DNA of 64,000 bases from an uncultured Gemmatimonadales bacterium. GTDB lineage: Bacteria; Gemmatimonadota; Gemmatimonadetes; Longimicrobiales; Longimicrobiaceae. Below are positions 51,906-62,916 of the stretch, piece after piece; the first letter of the stretch is position 1; every line of letters begins with the position of its first letter. A model generated the notes under the pieces. The model saw only the letters and a list, made by a program, of their open reading frames with translations, searched no databases and was not told where the DNA came from. Location of the stretch: positions 8,192,001 to 8,256,000 of the forward strand of contig OY970303.1 of assembly GCA_963716255.1 (NCBI GenBank), given 5' to 3'. The position numbers and the translations under genes are program-made.

Positions 51906-52676
51906 TCAGCGGTTGGCGGCGGTGCGCGCCGCGTTCACGTCGGCGAGGGTGATCCTCCGCGCGTCGCTCGGGGCGACGAAGGCGAAGGCCGCGTCATTGT
52001 AGGACGGGGCCAGGTTCCAGGTGTAGACGGAGGTGTGCTGCGGCCGCGCCTCGTCCGTCAGGGTGGTGAGGACCAGCTTGCGGGGCAGCGGGTAGTCGCC
52101 CTTCTGGATCCAGACCTGCCAGTCCAGCCCGTCCTGCCGGAACGCGTACTGCTCGCACGTGGTCCCGCCCACCTCGCTCGGCCCGATCACCCGCGCCGAG
52201 GTGATCTCGCGGGCGCGCGACTCCGGGGTGCCCCAGCGGAACAGGTCCGCCATGGGCAGCTCGATCGCGTAGCGGTCCTCCAGGACGGACGCGAGCTCGC
52301 CCAGGCTGGGGGGCGCGGGCGTGGCGGCGTAGTACTTCAGCCGGGGCGCGTACAGGGTGAAGGTGCGGCCGTCGTACAGCATGAGCCGCTGCTGGCGGTC
52401 GCTCGCCACGTTGACGCGGAGGCGGTTGGGCCGGTCCGCGACCAGGTCGGCCACGCTCGACAGCTGGACCTTCTGGCCGTCCTCGAGCACCTCCTCCGAG
52501 GTCACCTCGGCGCGCACCTGGAACGCGTCCAGGCGGTTCAGGTAGGCCCCCATCCGGCTCAGCGCGTTCATCGCCGCCGTGTCCATGACGGCCGACTGCG
52601 CGCGGGCCGGTTCGGCCGGGTGCGTCGAACCCATGGCGGCCACGGCCAGGACGACGATGATTGTCCTGCGTCTCAT
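51906..52676 (-). CDS. DUF2092 periplasmic protein (LolA-like)
   Basis: RPNRLRV, YDGRTFTL, LPMADL, DWQVWI, LPRKLVLT. Confidence 0.85.
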   Translation of the reverse strand: MRRRTIIVVLAVAAMGSTHPAEPARAQSAVMDTAAMNALSRMGAYLNRLDAFQVRAEVTSEEVLEDGQKVQLSSVADLVADRPNRLRVNVASDRQQRLMLYDGRTFTLYAPRLKYYAATPAPPSLGELASVLEDRYAIELPMADLFRWGTPESRAREITSARVIGPSEVGGTTCEQYAFRQDGLDWQVWIQKGDYPLPRKLVLTTLTDEARPQHTSVYTWNLAPSYNDAAFAFVAPSDARRITLADVNAARTAANR

Positions 52677-52887
52677 TTCTCTCCTCCCCTCCCCGGGTGA
52701 ACGACGGCCAGGCTCCCTGTCCTGTGTGTCCGCCGCATGTGCGGTCACCTGCAAGGTACGCGGAGCGCTCCGGGCCTTTCTTGCACGTTCTTGCCGGCTC
52801 CGCACCCTCGTGCGTGCTTCCCCGGGCCGCGCGCGGCGAACAGGGGAACCGCGGCAGGCACAGGGACGCCTGCCCGCACCCCCGGCG

Positions 52888-54216
52888 TCATACCCTCCTC
52901 ACGGCCGGCAGCCGGTACGAACCGTCCAGTACCGACGGCAGCGGGCCATAGAAGCGCATGGTGAGGCTGAAGGGTCCGGCCGGCGCGGGGAGCCAGGTCG
53001 AGGGATCGGCCGGCGGATCGTGCTGCAGGTACAGCGTGAGCGAGCCGTCGGGATTGTACTTCACGCCGTCGGTCGTGCTGCCGACGCTGTACCGGCCGAA
53101 GCCGTTCTCCACGAAGAGCATGTCGCCGTCGTACATCGCGAGGTTCCAGAAAACGGAAACGGGTGGAAGCTCGTCGAAGTGGAGAACGTAGTCGTGCCTG
53201 CCGTCGAGCGGCTCGCCGTTGTCGTCCACGCCGCAGTCGGGACAGATCACCTGGTCGGAGAGCTGGGCGCCGGCGACGTACCTGGCGAGCGCGGCCCGAA
53301 GCGCCAGGTCGTGTCCGGCCCGCCGGCCGGCGGGCGTGTAGCGCCAGCCGTTGGTCGTCTCGCCCGCCGCACACCACGTCGCGTCGACGATCCGCTCCGC
53401 GGCCCCGGCCGCCCGGGCGAGACCTCGCGTGGTCGCCTCGTCGAGGGAGCGCCAGTCGAATCCCCGGGCGACGCTCAGCCCGATCCGGCGGAAGGAAGCC
53501 ACCAGCGCGTCGGCGTCGGCCGACGTCGCCAGGAATCGCTGCATCCAGTACCCCAGCGCCTCGAAGTAGCGGAGCTCCGCCGGCGCATCCTGCGTGGCCG
53601 GCTCCATGTGCGCCCGTCCGACCGGCGCGTAGGCCAGCCCATCCCGGAGATAGGCCGAGAGCGGCATCATCCGGAATCCCCTCTGCGCCGAAACGGCGCC
53701 GGGAAGGTCCGCATCCCCTTGGACGAAGATCCGCACCGCGGCCACGCCCATCCGGGTGCGGGCCGCGAGGCGCGTCATCCCGCCGGGGACCGGACCGTCG
53801 TAGTCCGGCGCGGTGATGACGTATACGCCCGGCTGCGAGCCCTTCGTCCCGCCGACGTCGTGGACGACCTCGTCGAAGAAGTCGCCGATCTGGACCAGGT
53901 ACCAGCGCTCGACGGCCAGCTTCGGGATGAAGACGACCACCGGTTCCCTGCAGGCGTTCCAGACCGCGTACGCGTCCACCGTCACGTCGTTGGGGCTGGC
54001 GACGAACCGGTCGATCGCCGTCCGGAGCGTGGTGAGCCTGCGGAAGTCGTTCACGGCGACGCCGCCGCCGTTCAGGGATTGCGGAGTGGCGCGCCCGTAT
54101 TCGTAGAGGGGAAGCCCCCAGAGGTACGCCTGCACGCCCGCCGCGTAGGCGGTCTCTTCCCGCGCCTGCTCGGCGGACATCGGCGGCGGTGCGGCGGTCG
54201 CTGAGGGGTGCGTCAT
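52888..54216 (-). CDS. DUF1254/DUF1214 protein
   Basis: YLWGLP, SPNDVT, ITAPDYDG, PPVSVFWNLAMY, WLPAP...MRFYGP. Confidence 0.85.
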   Translation of the reverse strand: MTHPSATAAPPPMSAEQAREETAYAAGVQAYLWGLPLYEYGRATPQSLNGGGVAVNDFRRLTTLRTAIDRFVASPNDVTVDAYAVWNACREPVVVFIPKLAVERWYLVQIGDFFDEVVHDVGGTKGSQPGVYVITAPDYDGPVPGGMTRLAARTRMGVAAVRIFVQGDADLPGAVSAQRGFRMMPLSAYLRDGLAYAPVGRAHMEPATQDAPAELRYFEALGYWMQRFLATSADADALVASFRRIGLSVARGFDWRSLDEATTRGLARAAGAAERIVDATWCAAGETTNGWRYTPAGRRAGHDLALRAALARYVAGAQLSDQVICPDCGVDDNGEPLDGRHDYVLHFDELPPVSVFWNLAMYDGDMLFVENGFGRYSVGSTTDGVKYNPDGSLTLYLQHDPPADPSTWLPAPAGPFSLTMRFYGPLPSVLDGSYRLPAVRRV

Positions 54217-54283
54217 GGGTCCTTGGGGTCGGTGAGGAGGTCGAACACCCTGGGCGTGCCGAGCCTGGCGGGCGGGGCGCCGC

Positions 54284-55513
54284 TCACAGGAAGAGCTTTG
54301 CGAGCCGCGCGAGCAGCTCGTCCACCGGTATGGTGAGCAGGACCACCGGCACGAACGGGATCACGGTCGCGACCACGAGGGGAGCCAGGTCCCTGAGCCC
54401 CACCGGCGCCAGGCTCATCTGGCGCACGTTGGCGGCGATGGAATACAGGTCCGTCACGGCCGAGAAATCGGGCTCCTGGAGCGCTTCGGGCCGGAGCGGC
54501 TTGCCGGAGCGGAGCCATCGGTCCTCGAAGCAGCGGCCGAGCGCGCCGGCGAGCGCCCCGTACTCCATGGTCCCGTGCAGACGGGCGCGCCGCAGCGGGC
54601 CGGCGAAGGCGAACAGGGGCCCGACGAACGCGCACAGGACGGCCACGAGGGCGGCGGCCACGGCGCCCAAGTGATCGAGCGCCCAGAGCGTTCGAGTGCC
54701 CCGGAGGACGCCCTCGGCCAGCGTCCCGGCCGCCACGGTGCCCAGGGCGAGCCCCACGGGGGCAAAGGCGCCCAGCGAGCCGGCGACGAAGCGCAGCCCC
54801 GCGGCCAGGTCCGGGTGCGCCGGAACGAGCCGCAGCCGGAGCCGCGACACGCCCCACAGGAAGCGCCACCACACCGCCACGCGCCACAGCCACGCCGCCA
54901 GCAGGAGCAGGAAGAGGGGATGGCTGACCAGGGTTCGCCACCAGCCGGCCAGGGAGAGCGCCGCCGGCGTGCCCTCCACCCCCGGCGCCACCCAGCTGGG
55001 AGTGCCGAGCGGGTAGAGGAAGCCGCTCGTCACCACGGTGGCGGCGTACACGGCCACGGCGAGCACGACCTCCATGCCGCGGTGGTCCAGCCGCCGGCGG
55101 GCGGATGCGACCAGCGCGTCCAGGCGTGCCCGGTCGTCGCCCGCCACCAGGCCGCTCCGGACGAAGTGGCGCGCGATCAGCGCCAGCCGCGGCAGGCACC
55201 ACGGCTCGGCGGCCACGAAGGCGGGGATTGCGACGAGGTAGCGCACGTGCGCCGGGACGTCGAGAAGGAACGACTCGCGCGGGCCGGGGCCCAGGGCGAG
55301 CCCCTGCGCGGCGGAGAGCAGAAGGAGAGGCACCCACGCCACGGCCGCGGCCGCGAGCGCGCGCCGCCACCCGGCCTCTCGGGCGGCGGGCGACGGAAGC
55401 CGCAGCGCCGCCTGGAGCCGCGCGTAGGGGCCCGCGTCGAACGGATCGGCGTGGGAGGGCCCCGGTGGGTGCAGCGGGGTGCCGTCGCCCGCCGGGGCCG
55501 GCGGGGTCGTCAT
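54284..55513 (-). CDS. Hypothetical multi-pass membrane protein
   Basis: Several TM helices, HPDLAAGLRF motif; 4-bp overlap with the patatin gene. Confidence 0.75.
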   Translation of the reverse strand: MTTPPAPAGDGTPLHPPGPSHADPFDAGPYARLQAALRLPSPAAREAGWRRALAAAAVAWVPLLLLSAAQGLALGPGPRESFLLDVPAHVRYLVAIPAFVAAEPWCLPRLALIARHFVRSGLVAGDDRARLDALVASARRRLDHRGMEVVLAVAVYAATVVTSGFLYPLGTPSWVAPGVEGTPAALSLAGWWRTLVSHPLFLLLLAAWLWRVAVWWRFLWGVSRLRLRLVPAHPDLAAGLRFVAGSLGAFAPVGLALGTVAAGTLAEGVLRGTRTLWALDHLGAVAAALVAVLCAFVGPLFAFAGPLRRARLHGTMEYGALAGALGRCFEDRWLRSGKPLRPEALQEPDFSAVTDLYSIAANVRQMSLAPVGLRDLAPLVVATVIPFVPVVLLTIPVDELLARLAKLFL

Positions 55514-57714
55514 GGGAAGAGCCGTCCGACGCCCACGTAGAAGCCGCGCGCGGACGGACCGAGGCTGTAGCCGGCCCAGACGGGGCCGACCAGCGTCTCG
55601 GCGATGAGGCCGGCCGCGACCTGGACTTCGAGCTCGACCCGCGAGGCGACATCGAACGCGGAGCCGGCCTCCAGCCACCCGCCGGCCAGGACCGGGCCGC
55701 CCAGGAAGTCCGGGAGGCGGGTGACCGCGCGCAGGTGGCCGGCCGTCAGCGCGGCGTAGTGGTCGCCCCGGCGCTCGCCGGGCGCGAAGGCGTCGAGCCG
55801 CAGGGGGAGCCCGAGCGCGAACTGGTCGGTGGGGAGCGGATCGCCGCCGAACGACGTGCCGGCGCCCGCCACCACGAACACCCTCTGCTCCCCGTGCCGC
55901 CACGACCGGAAGCCGGAGCCCGCCAGCTCCGCCTGGACCAGGCCGGCGGCGGAGCGGTCCGCGCCCGGGACGTCCGGCTCGGGCGCGGCCAGCACCCGGC
56001 GCACCGTCCCCACGACGCGCATCCCTTCCGATGGGACCACGGCGCTGTTCTGCGTGTCGTGGACTCCGTGGAGGCGAAGCTCCGCCGCGGGGCCCGACAG
56101 CTCCGGCAGCCCGGGATCGCCGACCCGGACGCGGCCGTCGAGGTAGCCGCCCCGCAGCCCGAGCCGCACCTCCGCGCTGTGGCCCGCCTCCAGCCCCACG
56201 TCCAGCTGCGCGAAGGCGCGCGTCTCCTGGTACTGCGCCACCGCGTCGTCCGACCGGAACAGCTCCACGCGGTTCCGCTGCGCCGCCGCGGAGACCGCCA
56301 CGAAGAACGGCGTCCCCCCCACACCGCGGCGCAGCTCGGCCGCGGCGCTGTGGTCCGTGCCCAGCCCCAGGTCCACCCGGAGCTGCGCCCCCCGCGCGAG
56401 CACGTCGTAGTCCACGTACCGCGCCGCCAGCTGGAAGGTGGATCCGCCCGACGCCCGGTTGCGGAGGTTGACGGACGTGAGCAGCAAGGGCGGCGCGGTG
56501 ACGAGCGGGTGGGCCACGATCACCAGGGCGCTCCCGCCTGCCATGGGGGCGACTTCCCAGCCGAACGCCGTGTAGCGGTCCAGGCCCCCGAGCCGCGTGA
56601 TGTCCCCCTCCAGGCGGGGGACGTCCAGCGGCCGGCCGACGTGCGCCCGCAGGCGGCGGCGGATGGCGCGCTCGTCGGCGGGCACGGCGCCCCGCACCTC
56701 CAGGCGGGTGACCACCGGCGCGCCGGTCCGCCGCTTCGCGGCCCGGCCGGCCAGGTATCGCCGCCACGCCGCCTCATCCACGGCGTACGGCAGCAGCTCC
56801 GCCTTCCGGGCCTCGGCTGCGCGGTACCCGTCCTCCACCAGCGCCCGCGAGCGCCGCCAGTCCAGCGCGCCGAACCCATCCACGGCGGCGCTCACGACGA
56901 TGTCGGCGGACGCCTCGGCGCGGCGGGTGTTCGCGCGCATCATCGCGTCCACCGTGCGGTCGCCGACGGCGAACATCCCGTACCGGGCGACGGTCGTGTC
57001 GGCGGCAGGGCCCACCCTCACTGCGATCACCACGTCCGCGCCCATCGCCCGCACCACGTCGGCAGGCAGGTTATTCATCGCCCCGCCGTCCACGAGCAGC
57101 CGGTCGCCCAGGCGCACGGGCGGGAAGACCCCGGGCAGCGACATGGTCGCCCGCAGCGCGGTGGGGAGCGAGCCGTCCGCCAGCACGACCGGCGAGCCGC
57201 TCCGCAGGTCGACCGCCACGCACCGGAACGGCGTCGGCAGTGCGTCGAAGCTCGGCAGCCCCGTGTAGAGCCCGGCGATCCGCTCGAGGAAGAGATCCAC
57301 CTGCTGTCCGCGGTTGAGCGACGGCGGCAGCGCGACGCCGCCGCGCAGGTGCAGCTCGAGCCGCGACGGGTAGGCGCGCGCGTCCTCCTTCCGCGGGATG
57401 GCCATGTAGCGGTAGGTGGAGCTGCCGAACATCTCGTTCCAGTCCGTCCGCCGCAGCAGCGAGTCCAGTTCGGCGGAGGGCATGCCGGCGGCGTACGCGC
57501 CGCCCACCAGGCCGCCCATGCTCGTGCCGGCGATCCGGTCGATGGGCACGCGATGCTCCTCGAACCAGCGGATCACTCCCACGTGCGCGAGCCCCCGCGC
57601 GCTGCCACCGCCCAGCGCGAGGCCGACGACGGGCCGGGTCGGCGCCGGCTGCTGCGCCGGCGCCGGCGGCGCGGCGCAGGCCAGGGCGAGCGCCGCGAGC
57701 AGCGGTCTCCACAT
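55510..57714 (-). CDS. Patatin-like phospholipase with POTRA/beta-barrel C-terminus (PlpD-like)
   Basis: GGGSARG, GTSMG, DGG; signal peptide; C-terminal YVGVGRLF. Confidence 0.88.
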   Translation of the reverse strand: MWRPLLAALALACAAPPAPAQQPAPTRPVVGLALGGGSARGLAHVGVIRWFEEHRVPIDRIAGTSMGGLVGGAYAAGMPSAELDSLLRRTDWNEMFGSSTYRYMAIPRKEDARAYPSRLELHLRGGVALPPSLNRGQQVDLFLERIAGLYTGLPSFDALPTPFRCVAVDLRSGSPVVLADGSLPTALRATMSLPGVFPPVRLGDRLLVDGGAMNNLPADVVRAMGADVVIAVRVGPAADTTVARYGMFAVGDRTVDAMMRANTRRAEASADIVVSAAVDGFGALDWRRSRALVEDGYRAAEARKAELLPYAVDEAAWRRYLAGRAAKRRTGAPVVTRLEVRGAVPADERAIRRRLRAHVGRPLDVPRLEGDITRLGGLDRYTAFGWEVAPMAGGSALVIVAHPLVTAPPLLLTSVNLRNRASGGSTFQLAARYVDYDVLARGAQLRVDLGLGTDHSAAAELRRGVGGTPFFVAVSAAAQRNRVELFRSDDAVAQYQETRAFAQLDVGLEAGHSAEVRLGLRGGYLDGRVRVGDPGLPELSGPAAELRLHGVHDTQNSAVVPSEGMRVVGTVRRVLAAPEPDVPGADRSAAGLVQAELAGSGFRSWRHGEQRVFVVAGAGTSFGGDPLPTDQFALGLPLRLDAFAPGERRGDHYAALTAGHLRAVTRLPDFLGGPVLAGGWLEAGSAFDVASRVELEVQVAAGLIAETLVGPVWAGYSLGPSARGFYVGVGRLFP

Positions 57715-57778
57715 CGGGTTCCTCCTCGGCGACGGCCTGGGCCGGCGGGAGCCGCGTCCCGCCGACCCGCCAAGCCGT

Positions 57779-60226
57779 CTACTGGATGGCCATGGCGACG
57801 GCGAGACGCTCCTCGGCGCCGATGAAGTGGTCCACGTCCTCCGCGGAGGCGTCGACGTCGATCTCCACCCAGTTCACCTCGCCGTTGAACTTCCGCGTCC
57901 CGTAGTCGCGGGTCACCGGCGAGCCGGTCTCGTAGCCGATGTCCAGCGTTTCGTCCGCCGAGAAGACCAGCGGCTCCGTCTGCTCCACGCGGCCCGTGCC
58001 GGCCGGCTTGCCGTCCACGTACAGCGCCACGTCGCCGCCCTTGCCGATCCCGCCGCCGTCGTAGGCGAACTCCAGCCGCACCTGGTGCGTTCCGGCGGGA
58101 ATCCTCTCGCCTCCTTCGGCGAAGTACTCTTCCAGGCCATAGAAGTTGTAGCAGTACTTCGGCTTGCCATTTTTCGTGTACAGGCTCCAACCGCCGATGC
58201 TTCCCCCCACGGCGACGATCACGCCCTCGGCGCCGTCGTCCGGCACCACCACCTCCGCCGTGACCGCGTAACTCCTGTTCTTGTAGTTGACGATGGAGTT
58301 CTCGGTCAGCCGCCCCATGCCCCCGAACAGCAGCTGGCGGTTCCCGGTCACCAGCTTGGGCCGCCCGGCCGCGTCGGGATCGGCGCGCTCGGCCATCCGG
58401 TCGTCGATCGGGAGGACGTTGTACTTCACGGCCTCGATGAGCCACAGCCGCTGGAGCTCGGCCAGCTTGCCGGGCTGCTCCTTCGCCAGGTCGTGGGCCT
58501 GGCTCCAGTCCGTGTTCGTGTCGTACAGCTCCCACGCGTCGTCGTCGAAGGCCGGCAGCTCCACCTTCCCCGTCTCCCACGGCGTCCGGTGCCGCGTCAC
58601 GGCCGTCCATCCCCGGTGGTAGATGCCGCGGTTGCCCATCATCTCGAAGTACTGAGTCCGGTGCCGCTCCTCGGCGTCCGCCTCGTCGAACGCGTACGCC
58701 ATCGAGACGCCCTCCATCGGCTTCTGCATGACCCCGGCGACGAAGGTCGGCTCCGGCAGCCCCGCCACCTCCAGCACCGTGGGCGCCACGTCGATGACGT
58801 GGAAGAACTGGCTGCGGATCTCACCCTTCGCCCGGACTCCCCGGGGCCAGTGCACGATGGTGCCGTTGCGCGTGCCGCCGAAGTGCGAGGCGACCTGCTT
58901 GGTCCACTGGTAGGGCGTGTCCATGGCGTGGGCCCAGCCCACCGCGTAGTGGTTGTAGGACTCCGGGCCGCCGAACCGGTCCAGGCGCTCGTTCAGGTAT
59001 TCCGGGGTCTCCAGCGCGCCGTACCCGGTGATGCTCAGGACCTCGTTGAACGTACCCTGGAGCGAGCCCTCCGCCGACGCGCCGTTGTCGCCGACGATGA
59101 CGTAGATCAGCGTGTCGTCCAGCACGCCCAGGTCGGCGAGCGCGTCGACCAGCCGCCCGATCTGGTGGTCCGTGTGCGACAGGAAGCCGGCGTACACCTC
59201 CATCTGGCGCGCCAGCACGGGCTTCATCTCGGGCGAGATCTCGCTCCACGCCGGGATCTGCGGGTGGCGCGCGGTCAGTTCGCAGTCCTCGGGGATCACG
59301 CCGAGCGCCTTCTGCCGTGCGAACGTCTCCTCGCGCAACGCGTCCCATCCCATGTCGAACCGCCCCCGGTACTTCTCGATCCACTCCTTCGGCGCATGGT
59401 GCGGCGCGTGCGTGGCACCCGTGGCGAAGTAGACGAAGAAGGGCTTGTCCGGCATCAGCGACTTCTGCTGGTGGAGCCACTTGCTCGCCTTGTCGGCCAG
59501 GTCCTCGGTGAGGTGGTAGCCCTCCTCGGGCGTCTTCGGCGGCTCCACCGGCGTGGTGCCCTCGAAGAGGGCGGGATACCACTGGTTCGTCTCGCCCCCG
59601 ATGAAGCCGTAGAAGTACTCGAACCCGCCGCCGCCCGTGGGCCAGGCGTTGAACGGGCCGACGGGCGTCACCTCCCACACGGGCACCTCGTGGCACTTGC
59701 CGAACTGGGCGGTCGAGTACCCGTTGAGCTTCAGGATCTCGGCGAGCGGCGCCGCCGTGTTGGGGCGGATGGAACTGTTCCCCGGCGCGCTGGTGGCGTT
59801 CTCGGTGATGTTGCCCATCCCCACCGAGTGGTGGTTCCGGCCGCTGAGGAGCGCCGCCCGTGTGGGGGAGCAGAGTGCCGTGGTGTGGAAGCGGTTGAAG
59901 CGGATCCCGCTGCCCGCGAGCTTTTCCAGGTTGGGCGTCTCGCACGGCCCGCCGAACGCGCTGGACGAGCCGAACCCGGCGTCGTCGATCAGCACCACCA
60001 GCACGTTGGGCGCGCCCGTGGGGGGCCGCAGCGGCACGATCGGCGGGTACGTCGTGTCCGGGTCCTTGGCGTCGTAGGTGGTCAGCCCGGGCGGCACGAT
60101 GTCCGGGATGGGCAGGACCGAGCGCTGCAGCGCGTCGTTGGGGTTGCGCGGGCTCGTGGCGGAGGGGGTACCGGCGTCCTGCCCGTGCCTGTCGCCGTTG
60201 CCGGCTGCGGATCGCTTCGTGGCCAT
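57779..60226 (-). CDS. Arylsulfatase (Cys-type)
   Basis: PNVLVVLIDD, CSPTRAALLSG, GKCH, HAPHH, DNG. Confidence 0.93.
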   Translation of the reverse strand: MATKRSAAGNGDRHGQDAGTPSATSPRNPNDALQRSVLPIPDIVPPGLTTYDAKDPDTTYPPIVPLRPPTGAPNVLVVLIDDAGFGSSSAFGGPCETPNLEKLAGSGIRFNRFHTTALCSPTRAALLSGRNHHSVGMGNITENATSAPGNSSIRPNTAAPLAEILKLNGYSTAQFGKCHEVPVWEVTPVGPFNAWPTGGGGFEYFYGFIGGETNQWYPALFEGTTPVEPPKTPEEGYHLTEDLADKASKWLHQQKSLMPDKPFFVYFATGATHAPHHAPKEWIEKYRGRFDMGWDALREETFARQKALGVIPEDCELTARHPQIPAWSEISPEMKPVLARQMEVYAGFLSHTDHQIGRLVDALADLGVLDDTLIYVIVGDNGASAEGSLQGTFNEVLSITGYGALETPEYLNERLDRFGGPESYNHYAVGWAHAMDTPYQWTKQVASHFGGTRNGTIVHWPRGVRAKGEIRSQFFHVIDVAPTVLEVAGLPEPTFVAGVMQKPMEGVSMAYAFDEADAEERHRTQYFEMMGNRGIYHRGWTAVTRHRTPWETGKVELPAFDDDAWELYDTNTDWSQAHDLAKEQPGKLAELQRLWLIEAVKYNVLPIDDRMAERADPDAAGRPKLVTGNRQLLFGGMGRLTENSIVNYKNRSYAVTAEVVVPDDGAEGVIVAVGGSIGGWSLYTKNGKPKYCYNFYGLEEYFAEGGERIPAGTHQVRLEFAYDGGGIGKGGDVALYVDGKPAGTGRVEQTEPLVFSADETLDIGYETGSPVTRDYGTRKFNGEVNWVEIDVDASAEDVDHFIGAEERLAVAMAIQ

Positions 60227-60362
60227 GATCCTCTCCTGGGATGGCGTCTTGGCGGATGCCCGTCGTTCGGGCGGGAGTTCTGGACGGACCTGGGAGGCGA
60301 GAGGTGCACCCGGCGCGGGCGGCGCGGCCCGGGGGAGCGCCGCAGCGCGCCAGGCCCTCCGC

Positions 60363-62687
60363 TCAGTCGCGCGCCATGACGGCCGCGACTTGACGTTCCA
60401 CGTCCACGTAGACGTCGTCGGCGACGTCGTAGACGACCTTGATGATCCTGCCGCCCGAGAACGGGAACTTCCCCTTGTACTCGGCGCTCACCGCGTCGCC
60501 GCTGTCGTAGCCGATGCAGAGCCCCTCGCCGCAGAGCGCGTAGTGGCCCGTCTGGGTGCGGAACGCACCGCTGCCGGCCGCCCGGTCGTCGACGTGGAGC
60601 GTCAGCGTCCCGAGCGTTTCCAGGTTCTCGCTGACCGAATCCTTGTTGAACTCCACGCCGACCACGTGCGTGCCGAGCTTGGGCGCGTCGCAGACCACGC
60701 GCTGCTCCGGCGGGATGCCGAGGAAGTTGTAGACGAACACCAGCTTCCCGCCCTTCACGAACAGCGCGTAGCCGCCGAAGCGCGAGCCCTGCGCGCAGAT
60801 GATCCCCTGCGTGTCGCCGGTGAACTCCACCTCGGCGAGGATCTTGAACGACACGCCGAGCGTCCGCGCCGCCACCGCCTCGGAGATCTCCGTCGTGCCC
60901 GGATAGTAGACGTACCGCCCATCGGCTGGCGGCTCGGCGTGGAACTCCAGCTTGTGGAGCGCGTCCACTCCGAGGTCCACCAGCGGGAGCACGTTGTTCT
61001 TCCGCGCCTCGGCCAGCCACAGGTCGGCGAGCTCGCGGACCTTGTCCGGGTGCCGCTCGGCGAGGTCGTCGGCCTCCGCGCGGTCCACGTCGACGTGGAA
61101 GAGCTGCCACCGGTCCTGGTCGAACTTGCCCTGGTCGGCCGGCGCCGGGGCGTGCAGCGTCGACGCCTTCCATCCCCTGTGCCAGATGCCGCGCGTGCCG
61201 ACCATCTCGTAGTACTGCGTCTCCTTGGCCGTGGGCGCGTCGGCCGCGTCGAACGAGTAGCGCATCGACACGCCGGCGAGCGGCGACTGCTCATGCCCCT
61301 CGACCGTCGTGGGCATCTCGACGCCGCAGCACTCGAGGATGGTCGGGACGATGTCGGTGCAGTGATGGTACTGGTGCCGGACCTCTCCGCGCGCCTTGAT
61401 CCCCTGAGGCCAGTGGATCACCAGCGGATCGCAGGTGCCCCCGGCGTACGACGCGTAGCGCTTGAACATCTTGTACGGCGTCGAGAAGGCGACGGCCCAG
61501 CCGGTCGGGTAGTGGTTGTACGTGTCGGGCGAGCCGAGCCGGTCGATCATCGCCATGTTCGAGGCGACGTCGTCCGGGTAGCCGTTGAAGAAGCGGTTCT
61601 CGTTGACCGAGCCGCTCGGGCTGCCCTCGCCGGACGCGCCGTTGTCGGCGCAGTAGAGGATCAGGGTGTTGTCCAGCTGCCCCGACTCCTCCAGGTAGTC
61701 GACGATGCGGCCGATCTGCGCGTCGGTGTACTCGGAGAAGGCGGCGTACACCTCCGCCATCCGGGCGAACAGTCGCTTCTCGTCCGCCGACAGCGTGTCC
61801 CACGGGCGGACGCTGTCGGCCTCGGGGAGGATGCCGTCGGGCAGCGGATTGATGGGCGTGAGCTGCGTGTCCTCCGGGAGGATGCCGCGGGCGATCATCC
61901 GCTCGAGCACCCACCCGCGGTACGCCTCGTAGCCGTCGTCGAACTTGCCCTTGTACCTGTCGATGTAGTCCTGCGGCGCGTGGTGCGGCGCGTGGTTCGC
62001 ACCGGGGCAGAACCACAGGTACCACGGCTTGTCGGGACGCGACTGCTTGCCGTCGCGGATGAAGGTGATCGCCTTGTCGGCGATGTCCCTGGAGAAGTGG
62101 TAGCCGTCTTCTGGCTGGGAGGGCTGATCGACGAAGTGGTTGTCCTCGATCAGCTCGGGATACCACTGGTTCGTCTCGCCGCCGATGAAGCCGTAGAAGC
62201 GGTCGAAGCCGAGCCCGAGCGGCCAGCGCTTCTTGGAGCCGCCCATGTCGAAGGCATCCACCGGCACGTTGTGGTTCTTGCCCACCCAGTAGGTGCTCCA
62301 GCCGGCCTCGCGCAGCACCTGCGCGATGGTGCCGTTCTCGGGCGGGATGTGCCCGGCGTACCCGGAGAAGCCGACCGCCATCTCGGCGATCGAGCCGAAG
62401 CCGTTCTGGTGGTGGTTGCGCCCGGTCAGGAAGCACGAGCGCGTCGGCGAGCACACGGCCGTCGTGTGCCACTGCGAGTAGGTCAGCCCGCCCTTTGCCA
62501 GCCGGTCCAGCGTGGGCATCTCGATGCGTCCACCGTAGGGCGACCAGGCGGCGCATCCCGTGTCGTCGAAGAGGATGACGAGCACGTTGGGCGCGCCCAC
62601 CGGTGCCCTGGTGTCGAGGAACGCGTCCCAGTCGGGCCTGGAGTCGCGGATGTCGAGCTCGACGACACCCCTGAACGGCTTTGCCAT
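60363..62687 (-). CDS. Arylsulfatase (Cys-type), paralog
   Basis: PNVLVILFDD, CSPTRSCFLTG, GKNH, HAPHH, DNG. Confidence 0.93.
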   Translation of the reverse strand: MAKPFRGVVELDIRDSRPDWDAFLDTRAPVGAPNVLVILFDDTGCAAWSPYGGRIEMPTLDRLAKGGLTYSQWHTTAVCSPTRSCFLTGRNHHQNGFGSIAEMAVGFSGYAGHIPPENGTIAQVLREAGWSTYWVGKNHNVPVDAFDMGGSKKRWPLGLGFDRFYGFIGGETNQWYPELIEDNHFVDQPSQPEDGYHFSRDIADKAITFIRDGKQSRPDKPWYLWFCPGANHAPHHAPQDYIDRYKGKFDDGYEAYRGWVLERMIARGILPEDTQLTPINPLPDGILPEADSVRPWDTLSADEKRLFARMAEVYAAFSEYTDAQIGRIVDYLEESGQLDNTLILYCADNGASGEGSPSGSVNENRFFNGYPDDVASNMAMIDRLGSPDTYNHYPTGWAVAFSTPYKMFKRYASYAGGTCDPLVIHWPQGIKARGEVRHQYHHCTDIVPTILECCGVEMPTTVEGHEQSPLAGVSMRYSFDAADAPTAKETQYYEMVGTRGIWHRGWKASTLHAPAPADQGKFDQDRWQLFHVDVDRAEADDLAERHPDKVRELADLWLAEARKNNVLPLVDLGVDALHKLEFHAEPPADGRYVYYPGTTEISEAVAARTLGVSFKILAEVEFTGDTQGIICAQGSRFGGYALFVKGGKLVFVYNFLGIPPEQRVVCDAPKLGTHVVGVEFNKDSVSENLETLGTLTLHVDDRAAGSGAFRTQTGHYALCGEGLCIGYDSGDAVSAEYKGKFPFSGGRIIKVVYDVADDVYVDVERQVAAVMARD

Positions 62688-62916
62688 CGTACGCCTTCCT
62701 TGCAGCAATGAGGGGGGATCCGCCGCGGGCGGGCCGGCGGAACCGTGTCCGGCGGCACGCGCAGTATGCTGCCCGGCCGGGGTCGGGGTCTTGGACGGAA
62801 TTGCCGCGCGGGTGGGGCCGGCGCCGCACGGAAAGGGGGAAGCCCGCCCCGGACGTGTCCCGGGCGGGCTCCCGGCCCGCGCCATCCCCAGCTCCCGCGC
62901 GGGACGTACGGGCGGT

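Noticed and set aside
60276..60292. Degenerate motif copy (CAGGTCCGTCCAGAACT, minus) before the 57779-60226 sulfatase
   Set aside because: Both CAA cores are mismatched and the -10 hexamer is poor; not counted among the 11
7919..62711. Many very long alternative ORFs (e.g. 7919-10996, 16309-19275, 27374-30199, 44129-47821, 57416-60379)
   Set aside because: Antisense or shifted shadows of real genes, expected at high GC; low-complexity translations with no motifs
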